Below, piece by piece: positions 58,832 to 64,000 of a stretch of 64,000 nucleotides of DNA. Position 1 is the stretch's first letter. Each line of letters opens with the position of its first letter. Origin of the DNA: Klebsormidium nitens (lineage: Eukaryota; Plantae; Klebsormidiophyceae); assembly GCA_000708835.1 (NCBI GenBank), contig DF237072.1, positions 62,001 through 126,000 of the forward strand, given 5' to 3'. A program made the position numbers and the translations under genes. The notes beneath the pieces are model-generated. The model was given only the letters and a program-made list of their open reading frames with translations, searched no databases and was not told where the DNA came from.

Positions 58832-58874
58832 GACAGGAATCATATCGACAGGACTCATATCGACAGGAACCATC
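58832..58874 (+). repeat. 15-bp micro-tandem repeat, about 3 copies
   Basis: GACAGGAATCATATC GACAGGACTCATATC GACAGGAACCATC. Confidence 0.9.
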
Positions 58875-61082
58875 AGCAGCTAGACTGATCATTTCGAAAC
58901 CAATCTAGAAAGCTCTTTCACAGTAGCAGGGCGATCGAGATGCATATCTACTTAAATATACCCAGAATCCGGTTACATTTGGACTCGACTAATACTGTCA
59001 ACTGGGTTGCAATTGCCCCCGGAGTCTGTTTCGTTGTTTCAAAGACTTTCCTGTCAGATATTGAGGTAAAGCGGTGCATTACTAGTTTCCAGTCTAATCT
59101 ATTTGCCAACCAGGCTTGGAACTGGAAGTGTAGAACATACAGAAGTATGTTAGATCATTGGCGCGTTCTGAATAAGATGACACTGAAACGGTAGCAGACT
59201 CCCACCCATTACCTCACTCGGATTGCATGAAGCAATATTGCACTATGACGTCGCTCAAGTACCGATAAACTTCAGCGATTTTGATGCAAAATATAATGAA
59301 CGGTGAGGACCCCAGGATGCGAGTTGAACTACGGATTTGTACGCGTGACTGCGTTCAAAGCCTCGTGACACCATAGGCATAGAGCGGCGGATCAGGAATG
59401 AAACAACACGGAGCAGACGTTGCGTCCATTGGTTTCATTAATTAAGAACGCTTCAAGTTCAGACATCTTGTTATTGAAGTTCCACTAAAGAGCCGCAGGG
59501 TGTGAATTTTTATTGTGCGAGCCACGTATCAGTGCAGTGGTGACTGAATGCATGATCTGTTCTGAGTTCGAACGGACCCCGAGGATTTGCAATCGAATTG
59601 AGAATGGGACATTCTGTTCCTTTTTCATTGTGCGGACAGCAGAACGCAAAGATCGTGTCGCGGCGTCAAGGGTCATCCGTTGAATTGTTGCAGTGCACCG
59701 CCTCCTCTAACGATTCCTCCCACGATTAACGCAAGAAAGCATGAGAATCACATATGCGCAAAGTGAAGCAGAAGAGAATGTAAGACTAATTAATCTATTG
59801 ATCTGCTCTGCAGGAAGCGCCGAAGAAGGAAAAGGCCTGGAAATCCGGGAATCGGAATTTCATTCCAGACAGCTGCAAAACATTCTTTGGAGTTGGGCAC
59901 AGCTTTGTGGGCGCAGATCCGCCTCCGTTCTGCTGTGCTCTGCTTGAAGTACTTTGTTTTGAATTTTGACTTTCAAGAGAGCTGTTTGTTCCTGCGGGCA
60001 ACAGGTTTTAATGCGACCCCGTCCAGGCTGTTTCAAATTGTCCGAGACGGCGCTCGCTGAGCCGGCATTGATTCGGTGCCTCTCTTCCGCTTCCTCCGTT
60101 TTTCTACGTTTCTTTCCATTCCTTTCCTTTCAGATGCGCATTGATCTCTGCAAGTCCTTGCCTTTGAGTTCCACCCCTGCCCTCGGTGACCGGGAGTTCC
60201 GCTTCCGACCATTCCGAACTCTGTAACTAGACTGTGGTTGGTATAATCAAAACACGGGTTGCCAGCATGATTACGAGGAATACCTTCGTTCGGCGGTTTT
60301 ATCTCGTCCAGGAGGCATTTCTCTTCTCGTTTACTTTACGTTTCCTCTGCGTGCGCGACGGATCCCCATCCTCGGCGGCCGCCGCTTTCGAGGGTTCCGC
60401 TCGGACGCGCGCGCGCAGCTGTCGCTGAAGCGGAGACTCCGGGATGTGAGGAGCTTGCAGCGCACGCGCTTGCGTCATCTGGCCCGTCTGGTCCTTTCAG
60501 ATCCTTTGGAAAATGAGCCGCGCGGTAACCGCCCTTCAAACGCAATTACTAAGTGGCGGCTAGTCCGGGCGCCGGCGCCGCGCCCGGGCGCCAGCGCCGC
60601 ACGCGCGCGCGCAGTTTTGCCTGTGGAAGCCTCAGCAGCGGCCTCAGCCTCAGACCGGGCGCGGGCATCTGACATAATTGACAATAGGTTGGCCGAAGGT
60701 GCAGCTACTGTGGGCGGTCCGCAAACCTGATAGGAAAGCAAAGAGGTCAGTGCGTGGCGGAGAAGCCAGATCGCTTCGTAACGTAAATGATAGAAGAGGT
60801 CGATCAACTGCGGCCATTGGGCGAGCGGTGCGAAGACGCGCGCGCGTCCCAGCGCTTCGCTCTCAAAGCTAAGAGGTCGCGCGCGAACCGACGCGCTGAA
60901 GTCAGGGTTTTAGATCCAGGAACAGCGTCGCCGCCGTTTGATTATGAGGCGCGGCCGCGCGCCGGCGCACTGACATACACGCGGGCTTGTGAAGTTGTGC
61001 TGCTCGACTCAGCCGCTAAACAAAGCCGAAATTGTACGGTCCTGAATCTTCATCATGTAGGTAAATTGGTAAAGAACCTATC

Positions 61083-62099
61083 ATGGCCCGGGCGCCAGGC
61101 TTTCAGGAACTCCCTCACGAGATCCTCTTGCTCATCCTGAACAAGCTTGCTAGTCAGGACACCCTGGCCTTTCTGCGGTCCACTTGGGTCTGCAAGGCTC
61201 TTTACACAGCGGCAGAGGAGATTCCGGGGGTCTGGAAACAACAGTTTAACGCGCCTCTTGGAGCGAAGCTAGAAATGGTTGCGGAATTTCAAAACGGAAA
61301 CTTCTACAAAAGAGAGAGACTTTTTTTGGACGCGACGATAAATGTCATGGGGGGATATAAGCGTCTGTTGGCAGCGCGATGGGAAACGAGGGGCTGTGAA
61401 AGTTCCGAAAAGAATCTTCATGAACAAACGCAAGGGCCAGATAACACCTTTACCGATTGCCCCAGGTGCAGCTTGCAGTCAGCAGAGAACAGTTACGTAT
61501 TGATCCTGGTCAGACTACGCGGAAATTCTGTCGCCTTCGGTGTCTATGATACGCAGAAGAAGCAGGCGTGCTTGAAATTGGGTAAGCATGACGCGTGGGT
61601 TAAAGAAAACGGGTTAGGACCAGTTACGGGCATTCTTCTTCGGCCTTTAGTATCTCGCGAAAAGGTCAAAGCTGAGCTCAGGCGGGAGAACCTGAAAAAC
61701 GCCGCTGGCAAATTTGACCAAGAACTGCTTAGACCTGATCTGGTAAGCGTCGAGTTTTACGCTTTCGGCGAGCCAATCATTTCCAGGAATGGCTCATTCG
61801 CTACACCAGGAATGCTTCGTTACGGAAGCTTTGTAGCGCAGAAAGCTAAGACCAACTGGATCTCGAATCCTTGGTGGCCCTTCGAGTGGTTTAGCTTGGT
61901 TGGCACGGTTTGCCGGCCCCGGTTGTGCCGTCCCGGGCGCGCAGAGGGGAAGAATAGACTGTCAAAAGTGCCTGGTTCAGGAGCCCGGGAACTTTTTGCG
62001 GTGCTGGATTTCGAAACGTGGCAACGGCCTGGCTGGAGGTTCTACTGGGACAAGCTGCATAACCCGGACGCCTTTTGGAAGTGGGCTCGGTTGCTGTGA
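61083..62099 (+). CDS. Intronless F-box-like protein of the same family, 338 aa
   Basis: FQELPHEILLLILNKLASQD...CKAL...W, FQNGN, MGGYKRLLAARW, VLILVR...VAFGVYD, LRYGSF and FAVLDFET...GWRF all align with the 57827 gene. Confidence 0.78.
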   Translation: MARAPGFQELPHEILLLILNKLASQDTLAFLRSTWVCKALYTAAEEIPGVWKQQFNAPLGAKLEMVAEFQNGNFYKRERLFLDATINVMGGYKRLLAARWETRGCESSEKNLHEQTQGPDNTFTDCPRCSLQSAENSYVLILVRLRGNSVAFGVYDTQKKQACLKLGKHDAWVKENGLGPVTGILLRPLVSREKVKAELRRENLKNAAGKFDQELLRPDLVSVEFYAFGEPIISRNGSFATPGMLRYGSFVAQKAKTNWISNPWWPFEWFSLVGTVCRPRLCRPGRAEGKNRLSKVPGSGARELFAVLDFETWQRPGWRFYWDKLHNPDAFWKWARLL

Positions 62100-63193
62100 A
62101 AACAAAGTATCCAATCTAGTACGACCGTTGTGTAATCTGAGTGGTTTCTAGTAGACTTTGTCCCTTGTAGTTAAGAATCAGTTGTCTAAGGGAGTTTCTC
62201 CCTTGTAAGGATCAGCTGACATTGACAAGCCATTTTGGAACTCGGATTCCGTGCGTCTACTCAAATCCACAGCCTTTCGAGTTTTGCAGGCGGCCCGTTC
62301 TCAGCTGTTTTAGGCTGCGTAACCGACAACAGTCTATGCCGAACATGTAAGCGGTGGGCATGTTACGATGCATTCAATTCATTTTGTAAATGCTCGAGCA
62401 CCATAAGTCGTGAAATTTAGGCCCTGTAACAACAGCCGTCAGCTAGGGAAACATGTAGTCACTGCGTTTGGACCAAAGACGCGGCTAACAGCATGCATTT
62501 ACGGTCCAAAGTCGCTCACATTGATCCTAAACCTCATCTAGACGTTCAAGCAAAGCGCGTAGGGCCTTCTCATGGGCACATCATTCCATGCCATGATAAA
62601 ACTAAGCCAGTTAAGTGAGATGGTATGCATGCTTTTCTGCACGATGCGCATTTATAGCTCAAATTGGTGATGCGGCGTCAAAAGACGGTGCAGCGCTTGA
62701 AGCGAGCATTGCTTGCCAAGGCCGGGCGGAATAGGAGCATGCGTCAAATCAAGCTAGTCTCGTGAAGCATTGACGGAAATCAGAATCTTCCAGATTTCTG
62801 TATCTACAACATGGCCCTTTCTCTGAAAAATGATGGGCGCCTTGGGAACAATGATATGAGATACGACTTAACGTTCGTGTGTAATCGTAGGCCAGAGATC
62901 TAACTTAATCGGAAAGGGGCCCATAATTATGGATACGTTCCAGGTTTGAAGTCTTTACGGAACCATTTTTAGAGGCAACCAAGTGCATACCTGGAATGGA
63001 TTACATCTCCGGAATAGGGCCGGCTGCTGCGCGCGCGAGCTGTTTACCAATCATTAACAAAGGCCCAGATTCTCTCCGAAATGAAGCTAGGCAATACTCT
63101 CAGTGTGACTGGCTTCAGAGCGCATTCCGAGCTCCTTAATCCTATACGAAACTATGATCGTGTACTCAACATATGCATTATAGGTTCCCTGCT

Positions 63194-63925
63194 TTACATG
63201 TTCTTCGACGCAGCCCCGCGCCCCGTGGCGCGTATTGCGAGCTCCTTTAGAATCAGGCCGTAGCACGACCCGCTTTCTGTCGTCTTATCGTACTGCAGAA
63301 GTTCTTGCACCCGCGCCAGACCGTCCTGGAGAGTGCGCAACCTGCACGAAGGGAATGCAACTGGATCGGCCTACAAGATACGTTGGGCTTTTCCGACCGG
63401 TACCAGACTCGTTGAGATATTCACGTCAAACTCGATCACGCTGCCAGTGTTCGAATTTTCGCGCGATGCAAAACAGGCAAGAATTCAGAAACAATAGGCC
63501 GTGCGCAGGCAAAAAAATTCGAGGGTCTGGCAAGGGCCACCTTCATGCAAGTGGTGGGTGGATCGACCCCGGTTTGAAAAGCGTCAGACCGGCTTTGGGT
63601 TTGCTGGCTTTGAAGGCGGGAAAAAAGTCTCCCAAGAAAGTTTGAAACAATCAAGACGGTAAAAGCCCCCGTGCGCTGCCGTTTCTCTCGGACTGGATCT
63701 AGAACCAGGAGTTTGCTTCCCTTGCTTTTGGCCCTACCTCGCGGGGTCGTCCAGGATCGCCCGGATGACGTCATTCAGGCGGCCCGTGATGTCATCCGTC
63801 TCCAGGTTGACCGTGAACGTGTCGTAGTCCAGCAGTCTGCTCCGCTCGAAGGGCCGGTCGAACGCGCGGAAGAAGCTCACCGGAATGCACCCCATTGAGA
63901 TGGCCTTCCAGAAACGGGCTGTGTC
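63194..63925 (-). CDS. Last two exons of an exostosin-family (GT47) glycosyltransferase; the gene continues beyond the right edge
   Basis: Exons at 63738-63925 and 63194-63341 (phase 2, stop TAA) encode DTARFWKAISMGCIPVSFF...PFERSRLLDYDTFTV...LRTLQDGLARVQELLQY...LILKELAIR, which matches the GT47 C-terminal pattern R-x-x-x-A-I-x-x-GCIPV...PF...LDY. Confidence 0.8.
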
Positions 63926-64000
63926 CTGCGGACAGTTAAAAGTAACCAGGACGGTCTTTAACTCAGGAATCATCAGCGGCAAGAATATAAAGCTCCGAAA

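Noticed and set aside
60100-60810. CG-rich, Ala/Arg-rich minus-strand ORFs, possibly a small spliced gene
   Set aside because: Frames break, there is no recognisable domain, and open frames are expected at this GC content. It is more simply a CpG-rich island upstream of the 61083 gene.
1-64000. Prokaryotic interpretation (operons, defence systems, RBS, rRNA/tRNA)
   Set aside because: Conserved proteins are split by canonical GT-AG introns with consistent phases, and ARP3, F-box and ZFC3H1-like genes are eukaryotic. No rRNA- or tRNA-like sequence was recognised by eye.

Overview
Eukaryotic, intron-rich nuclear DNA with GT-AG introns and roughly 50-55% GC by eye. Gene content and style suggest a streptophyte (charophyte) green alga such as Klebsormidium; this is inference. 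Splicing the ORF fragments by hand gives, left to right: (1) an AIFM2/FSP1-like FAD/NAD(P)H oxidoreductase (-, runs off the left edge); (2) a ZFC3H1/Red1-like zf-C3H1 + HAT-repeat protein (-); (3) a very large (>2700 aa), mostly disordered protein with IQ motifs and two tau-like motifs (+); (4) an AVT1-type vacuolar amino-acid transporter (-, 9 exons including a 24-nt microexon); (5) ARP3 (+, 10 exons); (6) an intronless F-box/LRR gene (-); (7) three related intronless F-box-like genes, one a frameshifted pseudogene; (8) the 3' end of an exostosin/GT47 gene (-, runs off the right edge). I found no rRNA, tRNA, CRISPR array or recognisable transposase/RT. The most unusual signals are: (a) the introns of four unrelated genes contain decayed tandem 'echo' copies of their own exon/intron junctions; (b) the palindrome TGACGTCA (often TGACGTCAGC) is about 20-fold over-represented and sits mostly inside coding exons, reminiscent of cyanobacterial HIP1; (c) a perfect 32-bp inverted repeat lies midway between two divergent F-box paralogs; (d) tau-like PPPLPDYKNVKSRL and KLDWSKVKS motifs appear only after splicing. 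All coordinates and counts were made by hand and need computational confirmation.
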